From an uncultured Chloroflexia bacterium (lineage in GTDB: Bacteria > Chloroflexota > Chloroflexia > Thermomicrobiales > Thermomicrobiaceae): DNA of 64,000 nt. The translations under genes and the position numbers were made by a program. Under the pieces are notes generated by a model that did not search any database, was not told where the DNA came from, and saw only the letters and a list, made by a program, of their open reading frames with translations. Shown piece by piece: positions 31,230 to 39,643 of this stretch (position 1 is its first letter; every line of letters begins with the position of its first letter). The stretch covers positions 44,357-108,356 of the forward strand of contig CAWALJ010000007.1 of the NCBI GenBank assembly GCA_963782955.1. Direction: 5' to 3'.

Positions 31230-32198
31230 ATGGACCAAGCGACGACTGTCAAAGCCGAAGCGGCTGGACAGAACTGGGAACGAGCAACTCACAAGAGCAA
31301 CCTGTGGCTTGACGCATTCCGGCGGTTCAGAAGAAATCGTCTGGCGGCTGCGTCCGCCGTATTCATTATCGTACTGGCGCTGTTCGCGATCTTTGCCCCA
31401 ATGCTCATGCCCTACAGCTACTGGTTTCAGAATTACAGCGCCATTAACGTTTCGCCCAGTTTGTCGCATCCGCTCGGGACCGACCAACTCGGTCGTGACA
31501 TGTTCAGCCGCCTCGTCTTCGGCGCACGCATCTCGCTTTCGGTCGGCATCGTGGTGCAGATCGTGATCGTGCTGATTGGCGTGCCGGTCGGGTTGGCCGC
31601 GGGGTTTTACGGTGGAGTGATAGACACTGTTCTCATGCGCGTGGTGGACGTCATGTACGCCATGCCGAGCTTGCTCTTTGTAATCATTATCATGACCTTC
31701 TTGCGCGGTGTGCTTGGTCAACCCGGTGGCGGTTTCATGAAGTCGGTCGCAGATCTCAACTCTCAGCTTGGCGGTCTGCTCGGCGTCTTCATCGGCCTCG
31801 GAATGATCAGTTGGCTGACCGTCTCGCGTATCGTTCGCGCGCAGGCGCTCTCCCTTAAACAGAAGGAGTTCGTCGAAGCAGCGCGAGGCTCAGGCGCGTC
31901 AAACCGGCGTATCATGTTCCGTCACGTACTGCCGAACTCACTTGCGCCAATCATTGTTGCCGTCACGCTCGGTATCCCGCGCGCGATTCTGTACGAAGCC
32001 GGTATCAGCTTTCTCGGCCTCGGTGTCACCCCTCCGACGCCAAGTTGGGGGCTCATGATCAGCGAGGCAATTCGCTATCTGCGTTCCTATCCATACATGC
32101 TGCTCTTTCCAGCAATTGCTCTGTCAGCTACGGTGCTGGCATTCAACTTCTTGGGCGACGGCCTGCGCGACGCGTTGGACCCCTGGTCCACTCGCTAG
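31230..32198 (+). CDS. ABC transporter permease (DppC/OppC-like)
   Basis: HPLGTDQLGRD motif and EFVEAARGSGAS loop. Confidence 0.9.
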   Translation: MDQATTVKAEAAGQNWERATHKSNLWLDAFRRFRRNRLAAASAVFIIVLALFAIFAPMLMPYSYWFQNYSAINVSPSLSHPLGTDQLGRDMFSRLVFGARISLSVGIVVQIVIVLIGVPVGLAAGFYGGVIDTVLMRVVDVMYAMPSLLFVIIIMTFLRGVLGQPGGGFMKSVADLNSQLGGLLGVFIGLGMISWLTVSRIVRAQALSLKQKEFVEAARGSGASNRRIMFRHVLPNSLAPIIVAVTLGIPRAILYEAGISFLGLGVTPPTPSWGLMISEAIRYLRSYPYMLLFPAIALSATVLAFNFLGDGLRDALDPWSTR

Positions 32199-32275
32199 TC
32201 TTTGGCGCGATTTCGAACAAGGCTCGTCGCGACGAAGCCGTCTTGGAATTTCGTAGCTCGTACACGGACGAGAGA

Positions 32276-32611
32276 TTAGTCCTCAGCGCCCGGCTGAGTG
32301 CCTGCCTTGCGTTCCGTCGGCAGGTGGTGCTCTCCGGGAAGCGCTGCTCGCCCCGTCTGAGCATCGTGCGCTAACAGACGGCGGAATCCGCGGACGGCTT
32401 CCTCACAGTTTCGATGATCGATCGTGAGGCGAACCTGACGCTGATCGTCTGGTCGAGCCTGAAGTTCGACGAAACCGTCGCGACTCTCGAAGCGCTGATG
32501 CGTCGGTGCATCGAGCGTCTGCTCCATCCCAAGACCGAATTCACCAAAATACTCCCGCGCTTGTCGCCTGATCTCTTCGGGGGTCAGCCGGACTGGATGA
32601 GTCTCTGCCAT
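32276..32611 (-). CDS. hypothetical 111-aa protein
   Basis: ATG 32611 with an AGGAGA SD. The N-terminal extension of ORF-track call 32276..32857 looks non-coding. No family recognised. Confidence 0.45.
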   Translation of the reverse strand: MAETHPVRLTPEEIRRQAREYFGEFGLGMEQTLDAPTHQRFESRDGFVELQARPDDQRQVRLTIDHRNCEEAVRGFRRLLAHDAQTGRAALPGEHHLPTERKAGTQPGAED

Positions 32612-32958
32612 CGTCTTCTCCTGTCGATTGACTGAACGGTGACAACGAAAGTCAGGTTTCGTCATCAACGCGCAACACCTGATGTATCGCCACATCGGGT
32701 TGCCTAACTCAGTCTGAGATGTCTTCCGTGAAAATTCCGTGAAGAGAGCGGGGATGATGCTACAGTTTGGCCTCAATTCGGCGTGTCGTGCTGCTAAACT
32801 GTGCGGCAATTGGCGCGATCGTTCGCGGTTCGATTGCCTCTGTATACAAGTTGTCATGATGACGGTACTCGGTTGATCTATTTGATACGAGATTGTGGCA
32901 CTCGATCAGGTAGGCTGAAGATTGATGATCGGGAAGTTCCAGGGGAGATGAGTGATAG

Positions 32959-34053
32959 ATGGTTCCAATCGCTCGGAAAAACCTCCTGGACGATAAGATC
33001 AGGCTAATCGTCTCAATTGGCGGTGTCACGTTCGCGGTGATCTTGATTCTGGTGGTTCGAAGCCTGTATGAGGGCTACTACCGCGAGCTTGGCGTCTTCG
33101 TAGACGGGCTGCCGGTTGATCTTTGGGTGACTCAGACCGATTCCGGCGGACTCGTCTACAACTCCACCGTCCAGGAAGATCTCGGCGCGAAGATCGCGCA
33201 AACTCCAGGCGTATCTCGAGTCATTCCGATGGATCGACAGCGTGTTCGGCTGAATTACCATGGGCGAGCCGCCGATGTCATCGCTATGGCGTTCAACATG
33301 CCTCAGTCATCTGGGCCGAGCATAGGCTTGAATTTGCCATCTCCTGGAGACATCACCATCGACGCCACGACCGCGAAGAAGTGTGGCATTAAGGTCGGAG
33401 ATCTTCTCAGTCTTCGCGGCCATGACTACCGAGTTTCAGCGTTGACCGCCGCCGCGAATCTGGGTCTGTCTGGACTTGCCGTCGTCTCTTGGGATGACTC
33501 AGAAGCTTTGCTTGGAACGCCTGGCTACGTCAGTTCGTGGCTGGTAAACGTGGCGCCCGATGCGAACGCATCGGAAGTCATGTCGACGATCGACGCGAAC
33601 GCCCCTGGGACCCAGGCGTTCACTCGGCAGCAGTTCGCACATGCCAATAGAGTCCAGGTAAGTGGCACCTTCCTGCCAATCATGTCGGTGTTGATTATCG
33701 TTTCCTTCCTGGTGGGCACGGCCGTGGTCGGTTTGACGATTTACACCTCGGTCGCCGAGCGAATTCGCGAATTCGGCGTGTTGAAGGCAATTGGGGCGCC
33801 ACATCGCACGCTCTATCGCGTCGTACTTCAGCAGAGCGTGATCGTGTGCTCAGCAGGATTTGTCATCGCATTGCCACTCACTTACGCGATCAACCGGATC
33901 GCGGTGCATTTCGTTTCCGAGTTCATCACGTTGTTGCGGTGGCAGGATTGTCTGCTAGCTTTCGCGGCAGTGCTTGCGATGGCTTTGCTCGCTTCAGTCG
34001 TACCTATTCGTCGCATAGCCGGGATCGACCCGGCCGAGGTATTTCGAGCGTGA
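32959..34053 (+). CDS. FtsX-family ABC permease (MacB/LolE-like, 4 TM with periplasmic domain)
   Basis: N-terminus ARKNLLDDKIRLIVSIGGVTFAV and C-terminal FtsX domain REFGVLKAIGA. Confidence 0.85.
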   Translation: MVPIARKNLLDDKIRLIVSIGGVTFAVILILVVRSLYEGYYRELGVFVDGLPVDLWVTQTDSGGLVYNSTVQEDLGAKIAQTPGVSRVIPMDRQRVRLNYHGRAADVIAMAFNMPQSSGPSIGLNLPSPGDITIDATTAKKCGIKVGDLLSLRGHDYRVSALTAAANLGLSGLAVVSWDDSEALLGTPGYVSSWLVNVAPDANASEVMSTIDANAPGTQAFTRQQFAHANRVQVSGTFLPIMSVLIIVSFLVGTAVVGLTIYTSVAERIREFGVLKAIGAPHRTLYRVVLQQSVIVCSAGFVIALPLTYAINRIAVHFVSEFITLLRWQDCLLAFAAVLAMALLASVVPIRRIAGIDPAEVFRA

Positions 34054-34076
34054 GAGATAGGGAACCAGCGCTGACC

Positions 34077-34841
34077 ATGACTGACGTCGCTCAACCGAAC
34101 GCCGACTTGTTGCTTGAGTTGCGTGGCGCCTCTCGCTCCTTCGGTTCTGGCGCGACGCTGGTGTCCGCGGTTGCGGGCGTCGACCTCACCGTCAGGCGTG
34201 GCGAAGTTCTCCTCGTGATGGGCCCTTCTGGCTCAGGTAAGACGACGCTGCTAAGTCTGATTGGTGGCCTGCTGCGACCAACTTCCGGCACCATTCGTCT
34301 AGCCGAATTCGAGTTGTCCACGATGAGTGAATCCGATCGAATTCGGGTTCGGCGCGAGAATATCGGGTTTGTCTTTCAGGACTTTAACCTGCTCAGCTCG
34401 CTGACGGCACAAGAAAACGTCGAGGTCGCGCTTAATTTGTGTGGTGTGCGAGGCGTAATGGCGCATGAGAGATCGGCCAAATTGCTCACCCAGCTCGGTA
34501 TGGGGGCTCGACTCGATTTCCCACCCTCGAAGCTCTCGGGAGGGGAGAAGCAGCGCGTCGCCATCGCGAGAGCGCTTGCCAATGATCCACTCTTGATTCT
34601 GGCCGACGAACCGACGGCCAATCTCGATTCGGTGCATGGTATGGCGGTGGTGCAGCTCTTGACCGGAATTGCGCAGCGCGAGGGCCGCACGGTCATCATC
34701 GTGTCGCACGACGATCGCCTACGTGACATCGCCACGCGCATCGTGTGGATGGAAGACGGTCGGATAAACGAACGATCCAATGACGCCGCGGGGAGCCCAA
34801 GTGAACTCGAGCAATTCAACGTTGCTGAAACCCGCGTTTGA
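34077..34841 (+). CDS. ABC transporter ATP-binding protein (MacB/LolD-like)
   Basis: Walker A GPSGSGKTT, signature LSGGEKQRVAIARAL and Walker B LILADEPT. Start set at ATG 34077. Confidence 0.9.
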   Translation: MTDVAQPNADLLLELRGASRSFGSGATLVSAVAGVDLTVRRGEVLLVMGPSGSGKTTLLSLIGGLLRPTSGTIRLAEFELSTMSESDRIRVRRENIGFVFQDFNLLSSLTAQENVEVALNLCGVRGVMAHERSAKLLTQLGMGARLDFPPSKLSGGEKQRVAIARALANDPLLILADEPTANLDSVHGMAVVQLLTGIAQREGRTVIIVSHDDRLRDIATRIVWMEDGRINERSNDAAGSPSELEQFNVAETRV

Positions 34842-35054
34842 AGCACGCGCCACGTTGAAGTCAAGTGATCGGTTGAAGACATCGAGTTTCAAGCACGTCC
34901 CTTCCTCGATGATAGTGGTCAAATCCAAATCCGAGTGACAGGATTGCGTCAGCGTTGACAGTTCGCGCGGCGTGTCCAGATCATTGATGACTATCGTGTA
35001 GGTGAGAATTCATCGTATGGAGCCATCCGTGCCCGATTCACCGGAGACAACTTG

Positions 35055-35711
35055 ATGCGGAATCTCTTGCTCGTGTTTGTCGCCGTGCTTCTTTTCACCG
35101 CCTGTGGGAAACCAGGATCGAGCGCGGCTGAAAACGCGAAAGGAACATCATCTTCAAATGCCGACACTACAATCATCGCTCAGAGTGCATCTCCGTCTTC
35201 GGTCGATTTGAAGTCCGTGCTGCTGTCGTCGTCCGACTTGCCACAAGGATGGTCGGTATCCGAGCAATCTGGAAGCATCCTGACGTTCACCTTCTGCGGC
35301 ATGTCGCTCGAACAGCGGCAGCTGTCCGATGCTTCCCGGCAGTTTCAGCAGGCGGCGACCGGATCCTACCTTCTCGAAACCATTTCTCTCTACCGCCCCG
35401 GTGAAGCACGTTCGTGGATGAACGCGACCCAGGGTACGCTCGAATGCAAACAATGGGACCAGAGCCTGAATGACGGGACGTCTCAGAAATACGAGATTGC
35501 CGCCTTGACCTTTCCCCAGCTTGGCGATCAATCGATGGCCTACAAAGTCTCAGGCAATTCGGGCGACGCGACGTTCGAATTCGACGTCGCGTTCATTCGC
35601 CGCGGTGACTACGTGCTTGAAGTCGGCCACATCGGCCAGAGCCCACTCGATATGAGTCTGCTCGCAAACGTCAGCAAGACTGCTCTGCAGAAGCTGAACC
35701 ACAAAGGCTAG
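35055..35711 (+). CDS. secreted lipoprotein of unknown function
   Basis: Signal peptide with lipobox LFTAC, a Ser-rich linker, then a roughly 170-aa domain (SSDLPQGWSV...). GGAGA SD upstream of ATG 35055. Confidence 0.7.
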   Translation: MRNLLLVFVAVLLFTACGKPGSSAAENAKGTSSSNADTTIIAQSASPSSVDLKSVLLSSSDLPQGWSVSEQSGSILTFTFCGMSLEQRQLSDASRQFQQAATGSYLLETISLYRPGEARSWMNATQGTLECKQWDQSLNDGTSQKYEIAALTFPQLGDQSMAYKVSGNSGDATFEFDVAFIRRGDYVLEVGHIGQSPLDMSLLANVSKTALQKLNHKG

Positions 35712-35776
35712 CGCCTTGCCCTGCGCTCAGCGCCGGTCAATCCGAGCCTGCGACGCCACGCTCTATCCACAAGAAG

Positions 35777-35800
35777 AAGCCCGCTCTGCTGAGCGGGCTT
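35777..35800. terminator. bidirectional hairpin between the lipoprotein gene and the tRNA cluster
   Basis: aagcccgctc-tgct-gagcgggctt, with A/T runs on both sides. Confidence 0.65.
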
Positions 35801-35833
35801 TCACGTTCAACGATGCTGTGCTTGTTCGTCGGG

Positions 35834-35906
35834 TGCCGAGGGCCGGAATCGAACCGGCGACACCGTGATTTTCAGTCACGTGCTCTACCGACTGAGCTAC
35901 CTCGGC
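35834..35906 (-). tRNA. tRNA-Phe (GAA)
   Basis: Folded by hand: acceptor GCCGAGG/CCTCGGC, anticodon loop CTGAAAA, T-loop TTCGATT. No encoded CCA. Confidence 0.9.
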
Positions 35907-35933
35907 AGATCGCTCGCGGGCGACCCACGTTCG

Positions 35934-36006
35934 TGGGCGATAGAGGACTCGAACCTCTGACATCCACGGTGTAAACGTGGCGCTCTTCCAGCTGAGCTAA
36001 TCGCCC
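35934..36006 (-). tRNA. tRNA-Val (TAC)
   Basis: Folded by hand: acceptor GGGCGAT/ATCGCCC, anticodon loop TTTACAC, T-loop TTCGAGT. No encoded CCA. Confidence 0.9.
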
Positions 36007-36018
36007 ATACTGAGCTTC

Positions 36019-36106
36019 TGGTGCCGAGGAAGGGACTTGAACCCCCACGCCCTAAACGGGCACTAGCCCCTCAAGCTAGCGCGTCTGCCTATTCCGCCAC
36101 CTCGGC
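36019..36106 (-). tRNA. tRNA-Leu (GAG), long variable arm, CCA encoded
   Basis: Folded by hand: acceptor GCCGAGG/CCTCGGC, anticodon stem CTAGC/GCTAG with loop TTGAGGG. 88 nt including the 3' CCA. Confidence 0.88.
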
Positions 36107-36291
36107 ATGGCCCCCGGCGTTCGCCAAGCGCATGGCATTATAGTCGCAGTTTCGAACCGGTGTCAAGAAATTCAGCACGGAGCGAACGCCCGGTTTGGCC
36201 GTTTCACGGGCAATTTCTGGCCGTCATTGGCCGCAATTCGTATGCTACTGTCTGACGGTTCGATCATTGGAGAGCCCCTGCGAGGAGTGGT

Positions 36292-36927
36292 GTGAGTCAG
36301 CGACCCGGTAGGCATCATCCCCAACGCTCCAAATCTAGATGGAGACTGCTCCTCCCTCTGTTCAGCGCGGTTGCGATCGGCGGTCTGCTGCTCAGCTTCA
36401 TTGCGATCTTGATTCCATCAATAATCGGTGGCAGCGGAAACAATGGCGGATCAAGCAGCGCTGGTAACACGATTCAGGTGACACCTGGTGCCGAAGAGGC
36501 AACCATGCGTGCTCGATTGCAGAAGAATCCCAACGACGCCGACGCCATGATCATCCTGGCCAACCTCCTGGCGAATACTGGTCAAGGAACCGAGGCCATC
36601 CAGTGGTACGAGAAGGCGGTGAAACTGCGCCCCAACGATCTGTCCTTGCGAGTGGCCTTCGGCACGGTGCTGATGCAGTACAACGACTATCTCGATTCCG
36701 AGCTTCAATTCAAGAAGGCGCACGATCTCAATCCGAACGACCCTCAGCCCCTCTACCTACTTGGACAGCTCTACGAGCATGAAGCGACACCGCAACCTGA
36801 ATTGGCCAAACAGATGTACCAGGCGGCAGCCACAGCGCAGCCGGACTCGGTCTACGCGAACTTGGCACAGGATCGGATTGCGGCATTGAGCGGTACGCCA
36901 GTGGCCACTCCCGGAGCTACTCCGTGA
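36292..36927 (+). CDS. membrane-anchored TPR-repeat protein
   Basis: GTG start with a GAGGAG SD, one N-terminal TM helix, and TPR-like repeats (AIQWYEKAVKLRPND..., FKKAHDLNPND...). Confidence 0.75.
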   Translation: MSQRPGRHHPQRSKSRWRLLLPLFSAVAIGGLLLSFIAILIPSIIGGSGNNGGSSSAGNTIQVTPGAEEATMRARLQKNPNDADAMIILANLLANTGQGTEAIQWYEKAVKLRPNDLSLRVAFGTVLMQYNDYLDSELQFKKAHDLNPNDPQPLYLLGQLYEHEATPQPELAKQMYQAAATAQPDSVYANLAQDRIAALSGTPVATPGATP

Positions 36928-38219
36928 CCGTGACAGGTCCATCGTATTTGCACGTGATTCAGCGCTACTACCCGTTTCGTGGGGGGTCGGAACGCTATTT
37001 CCAGGCGTTCTCTGAGCGATTCGTCCGCACTGGAGCACGAGTGCAGGTAGTCACCACCAATGCATGGGACCTGGAGTACTTCTGGGATCCGAGCCGCAAA
37101 CACATTGCCGAGCCGTGCCTGACACACGAGGGAGTCGAGATTCTTCGCGTGCCGGTTAACCACCTTCCGTTCGCATCATTGACTCACCGCGCCATTCGTC
37201 GATTGATGGCGGAGTCGAGTCGCATGCCGTTTCCAGGACGACAGCTACTGTTGCGCGCGGGATCGCGGTTCGGTCCATGGATTCCGAGCCTGGATTCAAC
37301 TCTCGAGACTGTCGATCGTCCCGATCTGGTCAACACAGCCAACGTCGCATTCGAATCGATGATCGCGGCGTCCGAGCGCTTTGCACGCAGGCATGCCATC
37401 CCGCACATCATTACGCCGTTCTTGCACTTTGGCGAACCGGCTGATTCCAGGGTGAGGCGTTACTACACCATGCCCCATCAATTGGATTTGGTTCGACGGG
37501 CCGACGCGGTGATGGTGCTCACTGAGTTCGAGTCGACGTACCTTCAATCGGTGGGAATTCTGGGAGACCGGATTCGAGTGGTTGGCGCCGGCATCGACGT
37601 CGAATCGGTGACCGGCGGAGATCCGATTGCCGCGCGCAAACGCCTCGGGATCAACGGACCGATCGTCTTGACGCTCGGCGCGGCGGCATACGACAAAGGG
37701 ACCGTTCACCTTATCGATGCGGTCACGCGCTTGAACGCCACACACCCAGACGTCCACCTGGTCGTTGCCGGTCCGTTGCTGGCGGAGGTCGAACACATTG
37801 CACTGGCTCTCAGCGACCGGGAACGCCGCCAAATTCACGTGCTTGGGTTCATCTCCGATGACGAGCGGCGCGATCTGCTGGCCGCGGCGGACATTCTGGC
37901 TCTGCCATCCCGAACGGAGTCCTTCGGGCTCGTCTTCATGGAAGCCTGGGCCAATGGAAAGCCGGTGATTGGAGCGCGCGCTGGTGCAATCCCCTACGTA
38001 GTCACTGACGGCGACGACGGCATTCTGGTGGAATTTGGCGATGTTGCCGCCTTGGAGGACGCGATTAGCCAGTTGATCACATCAACTGAGGATGCAGCAA
38101 GGATGGGTCAGCGGGGACGTGAGAGAGTCGTCAGCGAGGAGCAATGGTTCGCTCGTGTCCGAGACGTGTACGCGAGCGTTCTCGGAACGACCGCGACGGC
38201 AGTAGCTGTGGGGAGTTAG
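36924..38219 (+). CDS. glycosyltransferase, GT4/group-1 family
   Basis: C-terminal PSRTESFGLVFMEAWANGKPVI plus E-x7-E-like motif. GTGA overlap with the TPR gene. Confidence 0.85.
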   Translation: MTVTGPSYLHVIQRYYPFRGGSERYFQAFSERFVRTGARVQVVTTNAWDLEYFWDPSRKHIAEPCLTHEGVEILRVPVNHLPFASLTHRAIRRLMAESSRMPFPGRQLLLRAGSRFGPWIPSLDSTLETVDRPDLVNTANVAFESMIAASERFARRHAIPHIITPFLHFGEPADSRVRRYYTMPHQLDLVRRADAVMVLTEFESTYLQSVGILGDRIRVVGAGIDVESVTGGDPIAARKRLGINGPIVLTLGAAAYDKGTVHLIDAVTRLNATHPDVHLVVAGPLLAEVEHIALALSDRERRQIHVLGFISDDERRDLLAAADILALPSRTESFGLVFMEAWANGKPVIGARAGAIPYVVTDGDDGILVEFGDVAALEDAISQLITSTEDAARMGQRGRERVVSEEQWFARVRDVYASVLGTTATAVAVGS

Positions 38220-38220
38220 C

Positions 38221-38367
38221 GTGGCAGATTCGAGATCAGCCTTGCGCAGAGAGGCGCGTGACGTGGCCGCGGCACTCGAGTCTATTCGTGCGGCGGTACG
38301 CCGTAACGCTGGATACGCCTCGGCGCACGACGGTGCCAGCGGCCGACCTACTCGTCGACGACCATGA
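38221..38367 (+). CDS. 48-aa ORF, possibly the 5' half of a split gene
   Basis: GTG lies 1 nt after the GT stop. Translates to VADSRSALRREARDVAAALESIRAAVRR... and ends in an ATGA overlap with the next ORF. Below the ORF-track size cutoff. Confidence 0.3.
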   Translation: MADSRSALRREARDVAAALESIRAAVRRNAGYASAHDGASGRPTRRRP

Positions 38368-38609
38368 CCGAGTTGGCGGATCTGGCGGTCGTTTCGGCTC
38401 ACCTTCCGATCACCTGGAACACGCCTGTTGTTGGACGTGCGATCTCACTGGCAAAGCGCGGCACGCGCCTGATGCTTCGCTGGTACATCAATCCAATCGT
38501 CGAGCAGCAGAACGCGTTCAACGAGGCTTTGGTCCAGGCACTTGCCAGTTTGGAAGAACGCCAACGTCAACTGGAACGGCGCCTCGCTTCTGACGACCAA
38601 GCCGAATGA
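38364..38609 (+). CDS. 81-aa coiled-coil protein of unknown function
   Basis: RLMLRWYINPIVEQQNAFNEALVQALASLEERQRQLE. ATGA overlaps at both ends tie it into the GT operon. Confidence 0.5.
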   Translation: MTELADLAVVSAHLPITWNTPVVGRAISLAKRGTRLMLRWYINPIVEQQNAFNEALVQALASLEERQRQLERRLASDDQAE

Positions 38610-39643
38610 ACATCATCATTTGCGCCACCCAGGTGCCGTTCGTTCGTGGTGGCGCCGAGAATCACGTTGAAGGACTACGGGCGGCTCTGTGCAGTCACGA
38701 CCATCGCGTAGATGTCGTCTCGCTTCCATTCAAGTGGTATCCCAAAGAAGAAATCCTGAAGTCGGCACTTGCCTGGAGATTGCTCGATCTCTCCGAATCA
38801 AACGGTATTCCAGTGGACCTGGTTATCTGCACCAAGTTCCCCACCTGGGCAGTCAAACATCGTCGCAAGATCGCCTGGGTCATCCACCAGCACCGCCAAG
38901 CCTACGACTGGTTTGGCACTCCGTTAAGCGATTTCAGCAATTCTCCAGAAGATACGTCCGTGCGCAGACGAATCGCCGAGATCGACAGGCGAGGCTTGGG
39001 TGAATGCGTTGCGCTCTATGCCAATTCGGCCAATGTCGCCGGTCGACTGAAGCGATCGGTCGACCTCGATGCCGAGCCGCTCCACGTCCCGATTACCCTT
39101 ACCGGTTTGCAGCCCGATTCATACGACGACTATGTTCTCAGCGTTTCCCGGCTCGATCGGGCCAAGCGCGTCGATTTGCTGCTGCAGTCGATGGCGCTGG
39201 TGGCTGGTAGCTGGCGAGCCGTCATCGCGGGGGATGGTCCGGAGCAAGCGCCATTGCGAGAACTTGCCAGCCGTCTGAGGATTGGCGATCGAGTCGATTT
39301 CGTCGGGCGAGTTTCGGACTCCGAGTTGGCTCGACTCTATAATCATGCTCGCGCGGTTTACTACAGTCCGGTCGATGAGGACTTTGGGATGGTGACGGTG
39401 GAAGCCTTTGCCGCTGGAAAGCCTGTCGTTACGGCCGCAGACTCCGGGGGCGTGCTCGAACTGGTGACCGATGGAGAGAACGGCATAGTGGTCGACCACG
39501 CCGAGCCACATCGGCTTGCTATGGCCCTGCAACAACTGATGAGCCATGAGGACACGGCTCGCGCACTTGGCGAGCGGGGTCGAGAGCGGGTGGCCGGTAT
39601 CCGCTGGGACCGCGTAGTCGAGAAGCTGACTTCACATGGCTGA
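38606..39643 (+). CDS. glycosyltransferase, GT4/group-1 family
   Basis: DEDFGMVTVEAFAAGKPVV..GG..E motif region. 345 aa. Confidence 0.85.
   Translation: MNIIICATQVPFVRGGAENHVEGLRAALCSHDHRVDVVSLPFKWYPKEEILKSALAWRLLDLSESNGIPVDLVICTKFPTWAVKHRRKIAWVIHQHRQAYDWFGTPLSDFSNSPEDTSVRRRIAEIDRRGLGECVALYANSANVAGRLKRSVDLDAEPLHVPITLTGLQPDSYDDYVLSVSRLDRAKRVDLLLQSMALVAGSWRAVIAGDGPEQAPLRELASRLRIGDRVDFVGRVSDSELARLYNHARAVYYSPVDEDFGMVTVEAFAAGKPVVTAADSGGVLELVTDGENGIVVDHAEPHRLAMALQQLMSHEDTARALGERGRERVAGIRWDRVVEKLTSHG

Noticed and set aside
35763-35771. Single DnaA-box-like CTATCCACA
   Set aside because: It is an isolated one-mismatch site next to a terminator, with no cluster.
38144-38593. 149-aa plus-strand ORF spanning the gap between two GT genes
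   Set aside because: It overlaps the 3' end of the first GT and is Arg-rich. The alternative frames give two ORFs that abut their neighbours exactly.
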